Shown piece by piece: positions 17,646-26,383 of a DNA stretch of 64,000 nucleotides. A program made the position numbers and the translations under genes. Each line of letters begins with the position of its first letter. Within the stretch, counting starts at the first letter, position 1. The notes beneath the pieces were generated by a model, which was given only the letters and a program-made list of their open reading frames with translations, did not search any database and was not told where the DNA came from. Source of the DNA: Gemmatimonadota bacterium (lineage in GTDB: Bacteria; Gemmatimonadota; Gemmatimonadetes; Gemmatimonadales; GWC2-71-9); contig JBDHJR010000007.1 of NCBI GenBank assembly GCA_039586815.1, positions 1,844 through 65,843 on the forward strand, written 5' to 3'.

Positions 17646-18584
17646 CTACTCGATGATGTAGGGAATGCCCCAGATGTTGGCGTTGTAGTCGTCACCGTCC
17701 TGGGTGGCGAACGTGCCGGCGTCGATCGCGTCCACGGCTATCCGCTCGCGCCCACGGTGCTTCACCATCCAACTCAGCGTCCAGTATGTGTCGACGCCCG
17801 CGTCGGTCTCGCTCACCACCATCTGCATCGGCAGCCTCACCCACATCCGCATGTCCAGGCTGGCGTGGAACAGGTGGAGGTACACGAAGGTGGGCGGCGT
17901 GAAGTCCGCGTCGGAGCTGTTGTCCACCCACGCCTTCACGGTCACTTCCTGCTCGGGGCGCAGGTGCGGCACGCGGCCGTCCACTTCGAACAGCTGGCTG
18001 GGATCCTCGACCTCGAGGAACGGCTCTCCGTCCACCCAAACCTCGATGCGTGCTATATCCACGGTCTGCTTGTCCGGATCGGTCAGCACCACCTCGGCAG
18101 GCGAAACCGCTACCAGGCGCCAGCGCCGCCCTCTCTCATCGGTATTCGCAGCGTCGTTGCGCCGGAACCGGGCGTACTGCACGAGCGTCTGGTTCAGCGG
18201 CTTGCTGGTGGGGTTGAACTGATCGTCCTCTGTGATGTCGAGCAGGAACTCGCCTTCGAACACGAGCTCCTTGGTGACCTGCGCGATGCCGGCCTCGGTG
18301 TCCACGTCGATGGTGATCAAGCGTTGGACCGGCCGGCCGTGGCGTCGGCCCCAAGCTCGCGGCGCTGCGACCCCTTCCCCAGCCGCGCCTGGCGCTGCTG
18401 CCGGGCTTGCACCCTGCGCCACGCCTTCAATACCCAACTCGTCGGAGAAGAACCCCGACTCCTGCAGGATTTGGAGAATCTCCTCGCGATCCTCTTCCGA
18501 GGCGTTCCCCAGGCCGGTGGTGTCGGTACACGCCGCCAAGGCGAATGCGCCGAGCACGACGGCCGTCATGAGGTAGCGTTTCAT
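17646..18584 (-). CDS. Lipoprotein, unknown function
   Basis: MKRYLMTAVVLGAFALAAC|TD is a signal peptide with a lipobox. The 312-aa soluble domain matches no family I recognise. Confidence 0.6.
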   Translation of the reverse strand: MKRYLMTAVVLGAFALAACTDTTGLGNASEEDREEILQILQESGFFSDELGIEGVAQGASPAAAPGAAGEGVAAPRAWGRRHGRPVQRLITIDVDTEAGIAQVTKELVFEGEFLLDITEDDQFNPTSKPLNQTLVQYARFRRNDAANTDERGRRWRLVAVSPAEVVLTDPDKQTVDIARIEVWVDGEPFLEVEDPSQLFEVDGRVPHLRPEQEVTVKAWVDNSSDADFTPPTFVYLHLFHASLDMRMWVRLPMQMVVSETDAGVDTYWTLSWMVKHRGRERIAVDAIDAGTFATQDGDDYNANIWGIPYIIE

Positions 18585-18736
18585 TGGATCCCTCCCAGTG
18601 TTCGAGCCTAGTCTATCGCTTCTGGGAAGGGGGACGCAGCGACATTAGGGGGTGTTAAGCACGTGATGGGGATCACACTCGATTTCCCCGGGCGGCGGGC
18701 GCATTCGGGAATGCCTCGGGTGGCCGAGGCCGTGTC

Positions 18737-19849
18737 TCACTCGGGCACTGGGGACGATTCCCTGAGCTCCACGAAACCGTAGACGACTATTCTGTCGGGT
18801 CCTGACTGGTTGGTCACGAAGATCAGGTGCTGCAGCTCGAACTGCGGGTGCACGTACTGCCTGAAGTAATCGAGATGCCGGTAGTCCACTGCCACCTTCG
18901 CCGGGAGGGACATGAAACCGGGGCCACGGTAGGGGCCTCCGAAGAACGTGAGGAGCTTCCCCTCGCGGTCGAAGATCTGCACGTTCTCGAACCGCGCATC
19001 CACCACATAGACCCGCCCCTCCTCATCCACGGCCACGCCCTTGGGTAGCGCGAACTGCCCGAAGGCAACGCCACGGCTGCCAATCGTCCGGAGGTGGTGG
19101 CCTTCCGTTGAATACACCTCCACCTTGGCCCCCAACTGGTCGCTGACGTACACTTCGTCGCGCCACACGTAGAGGTTTGCGGGCCTCGCAAGTCCGCCCG
19201 GCTCACGCGGCTCGAGGCCGTTGGGGAAAGAGAACAGGTGTTCACCCGAGGCCCTGTCGAACACGCGCACACCCCGTACCGCGTAGTCCGAGATCCAGAT
19301 CCGGTCCTCGGTCACGAACACATCCCCAGGCTGCACCACGCTGTCGGCACCCACGCTCCCCCGGTACGTGCCGGTGCTGTCCAGCACGAGGACCTCGCCC
19401 AGGCCGAGGTCGGCAACGTAGAGATTCCCCGCGTCATCCATGTGGCAGTTCACAGGTCGTCCGATGCGCTCCGGACCCCCAGCATACACGTGTTCCAGAG
19501 TCCGCTCCTCGAGATCGAGCACCTCGAGCCCGGGAAGCCCCAGGTCGCACACGTAGATCTTGCCGCCGCCGACCGCGAGCCCGTATGGACGCACTATGAG
19601 GCTCACCGAATCGACCTCGCTCTCGCCCACCAGCCACGACAGGAACGAACGCGACTGCGCTTCCCGTAGATCCGAGGCCGACGTGATACGCGTGAGGAAC
19701 TGAATGCGAGCGGTATCGGGAGGTGGCGGGAATACCACCAGAGAGTCCGAGGGGACCGACGATGCCTGCTTCCCAGCGCACCCGCCGAGATTCAACCCGA
19801 CGGCTACCAGCACTGCGCCCTGGCGCAACCGGCGTGCAACAGACTTCAT
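18737..19849 (-). CDS. NHL-repeat / six-bladed beta-propeller lipoprotein
   Basis: Lipobox …VAVGLNLGGC|AGK. Repeated blades of the type G.F..P.G.AVD..G.IYV.D (…RPYGLAVGGGKIYVCDLG…, …RPVNCHMDDAGNLYVADLG…, …LPKGVAVDEEGRVYVVDAR…). Confidence 0.7.
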   Translation of the reverse strand: MKSVARRLRQGAVLVAVGLNLGGCAGKQASSVPSDSLVVFPPPPDTARIQFLTRITSASDLREAQSRSFLSWLVGESEVDSVSLIVRPYGLAVGGGKIYVCDLGLPGLEVLDLEERTLEHVYAGGPERIGRPVNCHMDDAGNLYVADLGLGEVLVLDSTGTYRGSVGADSVVQPGDVFVTEDRIWISDYAVRGVRVFDRASGEHLFSFPNGLEPREPGGLARPANLYVWRDEVYVSDQLGAKVEVYSTEGHHLRTIGSRGVAFGQFALPKGVAVDEEGRVYVVDARFENVQIFDREGKLLTFFGGPYRGPGFMSLPAKVAVDYRHLDYFRQYVHPQFELQHLIFVTNQSGPDRIVVYGFVELRESSPVPE

Positions 19850-19873
19850 ATCGGCAGACTCCCTTGAATGACC

Positions 19874-19903
19874 GAAGGGGATGACCGTTTGGGCATCCCC
19901 TTC
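19874..19903 (-). terminator. Intercistronic stem-loop (10-bp stem) between the tetraheme gene and the NHL propeller gene
   Basis: GAAGGGGATG-N10-CATCCCCTTC. No U-tract, so it could be a terminator, attenuator or processing/stability element. Confidence 0.35.
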
Positions 19904-19950
19904 GTACTATAGAGACCAGCGGTCCAACTCGCCACCGCTCGCCGGTTCGC

Positions 19951-20556
19951 CTACTTCGTGTGGCAATCTCCACAGAGGGAAGCCGGAGCCAAGCGCAGGA
20001 ACATGACCTGGCCCTCGCCGTGCGGATTGTGGCAGCTCGCGCACTCGACGTCACCACCCCGTAGCGGGAGAGACGTCGGGGTGCCGGCCACCAGGTCGCC
20101 GTCCGTCGAAGCCGCAGCTGCGTAGTCGATCGACACCGGATGGTCGTCACCCAGATTGGTGCCGATGTTCGCGCTGGCGTTCACCAGGCCCTGCGCATCC
20201 GCCCCGCCCCCGAAGTTGTCGACGTTCAGCGTCCCGTCATGGCATCCCAGGCACAGGCGCGATGACTCGTTCACCGTACTCGGATTGGTCTCCATCGTGA
20301 GGCTGCTATAGAGCACGGAATACGTGGCCGCGGCATTCACGGAGTGGTTCCACAAAGGACTGATAGTCGTGGCCGGGCTGTGTGGCACGTGACATGATTC
20401 GCACAGACCGGCAGCAAGCCCGTTGTAGTTAGCTGACGAGGGGTTGCCAGCCACGAAGTCGTGCGGACTGTTGTCGACCTGACTCCAAGCCTGACCCATC
20501 GCCGCGGCTGCAGGCATCAGCAGCAGCGCCGCGACAGTAAAGAGCGTCTTCTTCAT
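19951..20556 (-). CDS. Tetraheme c-type cytochrome ('doubled CXXCH' Geobacter-type family)
   Basis: Signal peptide MKKTLFTVAALLLMPAAAAMGQA. Four CxxCH motifs (CESCH, CLGCH, CASCH, CGDCH) with the pattern SPHDF…CxxCHxPH typical of paired-CXXCH cytochromes. Confidence 0.85.
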   Translation of the reverse strand: MKKTLFTVAALLLMPAAAAMGQAWSQVDNSPHDFVAGNPSSANYNGLAAGLCESCHVPHSPATTISPLWNHSVNAAATYSVLYSSLTMETNPSTVNESSRLCLGCHDGTLNVDNFGGGADAQGLVNASANIGTNLGDDHPVSIDYAAAASTDGDLVAGTPTSLPLRGGDVECASCHNPHGEGQVMFLRLAPASLCGDCHTK

Positions 20557-20811
20557 CCCACCCTCCTTCAGTCCAGCCGGACCATTGGCCCAAGGCTGAG
20601 GAGAAACTCGTGATTATCGCTGAGTACAGCTTAGGTGAGTGGGCGAATCGCTACTGTGATACTCGTCATAAACTCGCGTTCATCTTTCTTGTGATTTCAG
20701 TCATAGTGAATTGCTCCGGATTGCTGCATACATACTGCGCGTACTTCAGACGAAATTCATCGATTCTTCATTGAGGAGATCCGATTCCCGAGAAGTGATA
20801 TCGGGATTGTC
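20557..20811. promoter_or_regulatory. AT-enriched divergent intergenic region (shared promoter/operator region of the two arms of the cytochrome cluster)
   Basis: ~255 nt, markedly less GC-rich than the flanks, lying between divergent genes. It contains the inverted repeat TCCCGA(20786-20791)-N9-TCGGGA(20801-20806) just upstream of the + strand gene. I could not assign -35/-10 boxes with confidence. Confidence 0.4.
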
Positions 20812-21762
20812 TTGTCCCAAAGCATGGACTTCTCCGACTCGAAGCCCGCACGCCGGCAATCGCCGCGTCACAGGGAGATCGATCGAGTGCATAGCGGGGC
20901 GCAAAGCAGGATGGGTTGGGCGATGGTGGCAACCGCGGTCGCGTCGATCGTCGGGTGCAGTACGGCTGCGTCCGTATTCCTCGACTTGCCCGAGCAACGC
21001 GAACAACCTGCGGTGCCCATTGCCGCCACTACGAGTCTGGCCGCCCCGCCGCAAGACACCGTCAGGCCACCGATCGAATCCACCCTGAGCGCAGACAGCG
21101 CCCTAGCATTGCTCCCGAAGGACGCCGCCGGCGACGTCGATTGGGTTGCGGCACTCCGCTCGGGCGTCGTGCGACCGAGACGCGGCCTCCCTGGAGTGGC
21201 TTCCCCCAGTGGCAACTCCGACTTCGGCTATGATTTCCGACTCCGGGGCCCGAACGAGATGTTCGACGCTCTCTTCCCACACTCCTCCCACGTGGAGTGG
21301 ATGGCCTGCGACGCGTGCCACCCGTCGATCTTCCCGTATCGCGGGGCCCCGATCTCGATGAAGGAAATCAACGAGGGTGACTCCTGCGGCCGCTGTCACG
21401 GTACGGTCGCGTTCCCCGCCTCCACTTGCTCGCGATGCCACCCGGCCATGCCGGCACCCTCACCGCGCCAGACGCAGCTGAGCCACGACATTCTGCCGGC
21501 GCGTGCCGGCAGCGACAGCACCAGCCCGTCGGGCGAGTATCCCAGGGCCCGGTTCGCGCACTGGGTTCACCGCGTCCGCTACCAGTGCTCGGCGTGCCAC
21601 CCGCAGCTCTTCGACATGCGTGCCGGCTCCGACACTCTCACAATGAGCGCCATGCAGAAGGGAGAGGCATGCGGCGCGTGTCACGACGGAGACGTCGCCT
21701 TCTCGCTTCTGAACTGCACCACCTGTCACGCGACGCCTGCCGGTGGAGAGGAGGGGCCCTGA
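20812..21762 (+). CDS. Hexaheme cytochrome c with two c7-type triheme domains
   Basis: Six CxxCH motifs (CDACH, CGRCH, CSRCH / CSACH, CGACH, CTTCH) in two repeats of the c7 pattern F.H..H….C..CH…………C..CH……….C..CH. The start is uncertain: TTG 20812, ATG 20824, or ATG 20911. The last would give a lipoprotein-like signal MGWAMVATAVASIVGC. Confidence 0.8.
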   Translation: MSQSMDFSDSKPARRQSPRHREIDRVHSGAQSRMGWAMVATAVASIVGCSTAASVFLDLPEQREQPAVPIAATTSLAAPPQDTVRPPIESTLSADSALALLPKDAAGDVDWVAALRSGVVRPRRGLPGVASPSGNSDFGYDFRLRGPNEMFDALFPHSSHVEWMACDACHPSIFPYRGAPISMKEINEGDSCGRCHGTVAFPASTCSRCHPAMPAPSPRQTQLSHDILPARAGSDSTSPSGEYPRARFAHWVHRVRYQCSACHPQLFDMRAGSDTLTMSAMQKGEACGACHDGDVAFSLLNCTTCHATPAGGEEGP

Positions 21763-23696
21763 CCCGGCTGGGGACGCTGGCTGCGCTTCTCGCGCTGGCC
21801 CTGCCCCTTCAGCCAGCGCGCGGGCAGAGCCCGGTCTCGCTGACGTCGGGTCAGGGGCAGATCGGCGTCGAGTTCCTGGGGCTGTGGTCCGATTACGACG
21901 CACGACCCGGGATTCGGCAGGCCAACTTCAGGGAGTGGGCCGAGGCTCGCGTCCGTGCCACCATCGTCGATCCCCGCCTCCTCAGCTTGCGGCTGCGCAT
22001 CAGACCCGAATGGCAGCAGTCCAACTGGGGCGGCGAGACTGACGTGCCTGATCAGACGGCTGCACGGCTCGGCTGGAACGGCTCGCTGACGCTGCTGGAG
22101 GGGCGCCCGGTCTCGCTCACCATGACCACGCTGCGCTCGACCGCCACAACCCGCAGCCAGATCGGCTCCGAGACCGGAGTCACGCGCTCGGAGTTCACCT
22201 CGTCCTTGCGTGCACGTCTGCGTTATCTCCCGATGCGGATCACCTTTCGGCGCTTCACGCAGGACCACGACGTACGTTCCGGTCCGCTGCCGGTGCGCCA
22301 GTGGTTCACCAGCAGCCGTCTGCGGCTGAGCGCGAAGAACTCCAAGACGCAGCTGTCGCTGGAGCGACACTGGTACGACGACCGCCTGCAGCAGCCAAAC
22401 GATTTCACGGAGACACACGGGTGGTTCCATCACATGTTCCGCTGGGGCAAGGGCAGCAGCATCGCGTCAGACGTGGACTTCGTGGATCGAGTTGGTGGCT
22501 ACCCCTACCGCAACTTCTCCTGGTCGGAGAGGGTGCACCTGCAGCACACACGCTCCGTCAACTCCGAGTACGAGTTCCGCACGGGCTCGACACGGGCGGG
22601 CTTGGGATCGAGCAGCTTCCGCTCGCTCGGCGCCGCGGTGTCGTTTCCCATCATGGCCGCCCTGAGAGCCCGGATCGAGGGATCTTCCCTTCGGACGCGG
22701 TTCGACATCGGCCACGAGAGCATTCTGCGCGTTGGGCCCCGGCTGGAGTTCGCCACCCGACTGCCGCTCCGTTCGCGGCTCAGTGTCGGGACTGCGCTCA
22801 TGTACGAGCGGGCCTCACAGCAGCCAGTGGCCGACCAGTGGGTCCCGGTCGCCGGTGAGCGACATATAGTGGACGTCCAGCGCAGCTTCTTCCTCGATCG
22901 GGCCGCGGTCGACCTCGCCTCGATTCGCGTGCTTCGCAACGATCGAACACTCGTTTACCAGTCGGCTTTCGACTATGAACTCGTCGAATCGGGGCCATTC
23001 ATTCAGGTAGTGGTACTCCCGGCCGGCCTGATTCAGGTCGGTGACACGCTCCTCGTGGACTACCGGCACCACGTCGTCCCACAGGCAAGTAAGGAGCAGT
23101 TGGTCGCCACCTTGAACGTGACCATCTCCAGCGGACCTGTCCTGGCGTACTCTCACTCTCGATTGACCGGCGGACTGACGGCGGACGACCCACCTCCACT
23201 GCCGGTGCCGACAGGTAGTGCAGTCACCAGTCTGCGTGACCTCGACGAGATCGTCTTCGGACTGCGCGTGCGCGGCAGAATCCCGATCGGCCAGGGTGAT
23301 GCCGGTATCGAGCGGTCCATCCGCAGGGCGGACGCCTACCGTATCGAGACGCTCGAACTGAGGGCGATCTGGAGCTTCACCGTCGGCCCGGGCATTCTCG
23401 GTTCGGTGCAGGGAGCCTTGGCACGGACGGATGGGAGCGACGGTCCTTCACGCACGCTCTCCGGCAGCGCCTCCGTTGTGTGGTGGGCGCACCGCTCGCT
23501 CTCACTCCGCGCAACGCTGGGTTCATGGCAGCGCAGTGTCGAAGACAGCGACGCATCCTTCCTTGGTGGCGGAGTGGGTGCCGAGTGGCGGCGCGGCAAG
23601 TTCCTAGCCGCGTTGCGCTACGATCACTCGCAGTGGGACGAGTTCAGCCCCCGACTGGACGACCGGGTTTCCGCGATTCTCGTGCGCGAGTTCTGA
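21669..23696 (+). CDS. Putative outer-membrane beta-barrel protein (porin component of a porin-cytochrome module)
   Basis: Signal-like …LGTLAALLALALPLQPARGQ. The long body has alternating-hydrophobicity, Arg/Ser/Thr/Gly-rich segments with no TM helices or Cys, and it ends …RVSAILVREF (C-terminal aromatic, OMP hallmark). The start is uncertain: the ATG at 21669 overlaps the upstream gene by 94 nt, and a non-ATG start near 21760 is possible. Confidence 0.55.
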   Translation: MRRVSRRRRRLLASELHHLSRDACRWRGGALTRLGTLAALLALALPLQPARGQSPVSLTSGQGQIGVEFLGLWSDYDARPGIRQANFREWAEARVRATIVDPRLLSLRLRIRPEWQQSNWGGETDVPDQTAARLGWNGSLTLLEGRPVSLTMTTLRSTATTRSQIGSETGVTRSEFTSSLRARLRYLPMRITFRRFTQDHDVRSGPLPVRQWFTSSRLRLSAKNSKTQLSLERHWYDDRLQQPNDFTETHGWFHHMFRWGKGSSIASDVDFVDRVGGYPYRNFSWSERVHLQHTRSVNSEYEFRTGSTRAGLGSSSFRSLGAAVSFPIMAALRARIEGSSLRTRFDIGHESILRVGPRLEFATRLPLRSRLSVGTALMYERASQQPVADQWVPVAGERHIVDVQRSFFLDRAAVDLASIRVLRNDRTLVYQSAFDYELVESGPFIQVVVLPAGLIQVGDTLLVDYRHHVVPQASKEQLVATLNVTISSGPVLAYSHSRLTGGLTADDPPPLPVPTGSAVTSLRDLDEIVFGLRVRGRIPIGQGDAGIERSIRRADAYRIETLELRAIWSFTVGPGILGSVQGALARTDGSDGPSRTLSGSASVVWWAHRSLSLRATLGSWQRSVEDSDASFLGGGVGAEWRRGKFLAALRYDHSQWDEFSPRLDDRVSAILVREF

Positions 23697-23698
23697 AG

Positions 23699-24514
23699 GT
23701 GCGGACCGTCATCTCATTCGCCGTGATCTGCCTGGTCGCCTTTCCCGGGTACACGTACGCTCAGCACGCTGCGCTCGGAGGATCGCTCGAGTCGGGGAAC
23801 AGCTGCTCGGTATGCCACACCTCCCATCCCGAACGCAGCACCACGCGCAGCCTTATTCAGGATCGTGATTTGTCGGATAGAGCCGCGTGGCTGCGCCACC
23901 AGGCAACCGGCGTCTCGGCCGTGTCCCTCAGCTGTCTCCGGTGCCACGCCGACGCCAGCGTACGTCAGCGCCAGCCGGAGTTCGCCAGGCGCGCGGTCTT
24001 GGCACCCGAACGAGCGTTTCTCGGCTTCGACCTGGGCGACGATCACATGCTGGGAACCTTCGATCCCCTGATCGACGACTACTCGCACCGCATCCGTGGT
24101 CAGGCCGATCCTCGGACCGAGCAGCGGAGGCCGACGATCCTCGGTGACACCACCATCGTGATCGAGTGCACGACCTGCCACGATCCACACGACCGCGTCT
24201 CCGCCATTCCGAATGTCGCCAGACAGCACATGGTATGCGGCACGTGCCACGACCTCGCTACGTACCTCACCAGGCATCACTCAGGGCAGGCCTGCTCGGA
24301 CTGCCACGCAGTGCACGGGAGCGCACAGGCAGGATTGCTCATGGGTCGGGGGCCGGAGGAGACCTGCGGTCGCTGCCACGGGGGCCTGGGCGTGCAGTCC
24401 GACGACGGTCGATTGGGCATGATGGCGGCGGCCCGGGGCCCGCAGATTCCACTCAGCGATGATCACCAGCTGGGCTCGAACTGCATCGACTGCCACGGGG
24501 CGCATCGGCGCTAG
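23699..24514 (+). CDS. Heptaheme c-type cytochrome
   Basis: The GTG at 23699 lies 2 nt after the upstream stop. Signal VRTVISFAVICLVAFPGYTYAQ. Seven CxxCH motifs (CSVCH, CLRCH, CTTCH, CGTCH, CSDCH, CGRCH, CIDCH). I rejected the 5' extension of the track ORF to 23480 because it overlaps the barrel gene. Confidence 0.8.
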   Translation: MRTVISFAVICLVAFPGYTYAQHAALGGSLESGNSCSVCHTSHPERSTTRSLIQDRDLSDRAAWLRHQATGVSAVSLSCLRCHADASVRQRQPEFARRAVLAPERAFLGFDLGDDHMLGTFDPLIDDYSHRIRGQADPRTEQRRPTILGDTTIVIECTTCHDPHDRVSAIPNVARQHMVCGTCHDLATYLTRHHSGQACSDCHAVHGSAQAGLLMGRGPEETCGRCHGGLGVQSDDGRLGMMAAARGPQIPLSDDHQLGSNCIDCHGAHRR

Positions 24515-24517
24515 ACG

Positions 24518-26383
24518 CTAGAACCTCCCCCCGTCACCGTGTCGGTGACAGCCGTAGCAGTTGTCCTTCGTCACCATCGCCGTGCGGTTGTGGCACGTGT
24601 TGCACCACGCTCCGGCATCGCTCACCGGATCGGCACTGCTCGCATTGGTGACCACCCCATAGTCGAAAGTCTGCAGCCAGTTGCCCCCCTGCTTCGCATA
24701 GTAACCGTCCAGCGGCACACCGGTCCTGCTCTTGACCGTGTCCACCAGCATGAAGTGCGACGTCGTATCGCGACTCACATCGACGTTGGGATGTGCGCGG
24801 TGGCAGACTGAGCAGGTCAAGATGGAGCCGGGCCCCCACCCGTCATCACCCTCCAGGTCGAGTCCGGCGGCTGACTGGCTCCGACCACCCATGCCGTCAC
24901 TGGCCCACGTGCTCTGAATGTTCACGATCGTCGGCGCCGCGTGGTCCTGGACACCGGACGGGAAGGTGCCGTCGTGGCAGTCGAGACAGAACTCGCTCAA
25001 CGTATCCGCATAGCTCGTGTAGGCGTAGTAATACGAGTCGGTACCCACGACGTGACCGTCCGCCACCGTCGGATCTGGATCCAGAATGAACGGCAGTGCA
25101 GTCGTGGCCGTGTGCGGATCATGGCAGTCGACACACTCGATCTTGGCACCGCTCCGCGCCTGCGCCGTTTGCTGGACGTCGTGACGGTCATTCAGGTTCG
25201 GGTTGCTGTTGAGGCCGGTGGCCTGCTGCACCCAATTGATCGCCCGGCTGAAGGCGGAGTTCAGGTCTATGCTGGATGGGCCACCGGCGTCGTGGCAATT
25301 GAGGCAGAATCCTTCCTCCTGCTCCGCGTTGGCGGGCGCCGTGGCCGGCACGCCGGCCGGAGCGAGCAGCTTGAGCTTGTCCGAGCCGTGGCCGCTGGCA
25401 TGGCAGCCGAAGTCACCGTCGCCGTAACACGACACGGACGGCGACGTGGAGTTGTGAGACGCCAGGGCCCACGCGGCACCGTCGATCTGCGGGACAGCCA
25501 CGTTGTCGGTGAACGGCGTCGTATCACCGTTGGCGCCGTCGGCGTCGTGGCAAGCCAGGCAGAACGAGTTCAGCGAGACCGCTTCGGGGGCTGACGCGTT
25601 GGGATCTCCCGTCAGCACGATCGCCGCAGCCGTATTGCCGGGGTCGTCCACATTCCACAGGCGCACGCTGCCCTGCTGGTGCTCGCTCTGGTCGTGACAA
25701 ACCACGCAGTCCAGCGTATCGGCGGGTGTGGCCGCGTGGTGACTGAGCCGATCGAATTCCGCGACGACCGCGCGGCGGCTGCCCTTTACGGACGCGTGAC
25801 AGTCGGTACAGGCTCCTCCGGCCGCTGCGAACCCGCTGGCATGGGTGTGACAGGCTGGGCAGTCCTTCTGGTTGTTGTGTGCCGGCATGCCGCCGCTCTG
25901 GCGGTGGTAGTCGGTGGCCGTGTGGCATACCTCGCACACGCCGTCGTAGGTGCCGTCGCCGTCGGCGAAGTCGGTCGTGTCCATGAACACTACCGCTCGA
26001 GCTCCGCCGGTATAGCGGTTGTCGAGCGCAACGGGGATCAGCGCCAGGTTGGTGCCCGTTTCGCCCTCGTGGTCGTGACAGTCCCGGCAGCTTGTCGAGT
26101 CGGGTGGCGTATGCTTGCCGCCCGCGTGAACGGCCACGCCCTTAGGCACCGTCTCCCCATTGTACGTGGCAGGCGCACCGTCCGCGTGGCACGACATGCA
26201 GAGATCCTCGGCGCGCTGGTAGTCCATCAGCTGCGCCTCGGCAGCACCGTGCAGATTGTGGCAATAGTCACAGGTGTCGTGTTTCACCTGTGCGCGGGCC
26301 GTTTCGGCGCTCCCACCCAGGACGCCCAGCACGACCACGACAGCCGTGACGACCTGCGCTGCCGCGAACCGAGCGCAGCTCAT
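24518..26383 (-). CDS. Large multiheme c-type cytochrome (14 CxxCH plus one CX7CH candidate)
   Basis: Signal …VVVVLGVLGGSAETARAQ. Motifs: CDYCH, CMSCH, CRDCH, CEVCH, CPACH, CTDCH, CVVCH, CLACH, CLNCH, CVDCH, CLDCH, CSVCH, CNTCH, CYGCH, plus CYGDGDFGCH. The long heme-poor spacers suggest a surface-exposed or extracellular cytochrome. Confidence 0.85.
   Translation of the reverse strand: MSCARFAAAQVVTAVVVVLGVLGGSAETARAQVKHDTCDYCHNLHGAAEAQLMDYQRAEDLCMSCHADGAPATYNGETVPKGVAVHAGGKHTPPDSTSCRDCHDHEGETGTNLALIPVALDNRYTGGARAVVFMDTTDFADGDGTYDGVCEVCHTATDYHRQSGGMPAHNNQKDCPACHTHASGFAAAGGACTDCHASVKGSRRAVVAEFDRLSHHAATPADTLDCVVCHDQSEHQQGSVRLWNVDDPGNTAAAIVLTGDPNASAPEAVSLNSFCLACHDADGANGDTTPFTDNVAVPQIDGAAWALASHNSTSPSVSCYGDGDFGCHASGHGSDKLKLLAPAGVPATAPANAEQEEGFCLNCHDAGGPSSIDLNSAFSRAINWVQQATGLNSNPNLNDRHDVQQTAQARSGAKIECVDCHDPHTATTALPFILDPDPTVADGHVVGTDSYYYAYTSYADTLSEFCLDCHDGTFPSGVQDHAAPTIVNIQSTWASDGMGGRSQSAAGLDLEGDDGWGPGSILTCSVCHRAHPNVDVSRDTTSHFMLVDTVKSRTGVPLDGYYAKQGGNWLQTFDYGVVTNASSADPVSDAGAWCNTCHNRTAMVTKDNCYGCHRHGDGGRF

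Noticed and set aside
19434-20150. 238-aa minus-strand ORF spanning the NHL gene start and the tetraheme gene end
   Set aside because: It is out of frame and overlaps two well-supported genes plus the intergenic hairpin. The translation is Arg/Ser/Thr-rich and low-complexity.
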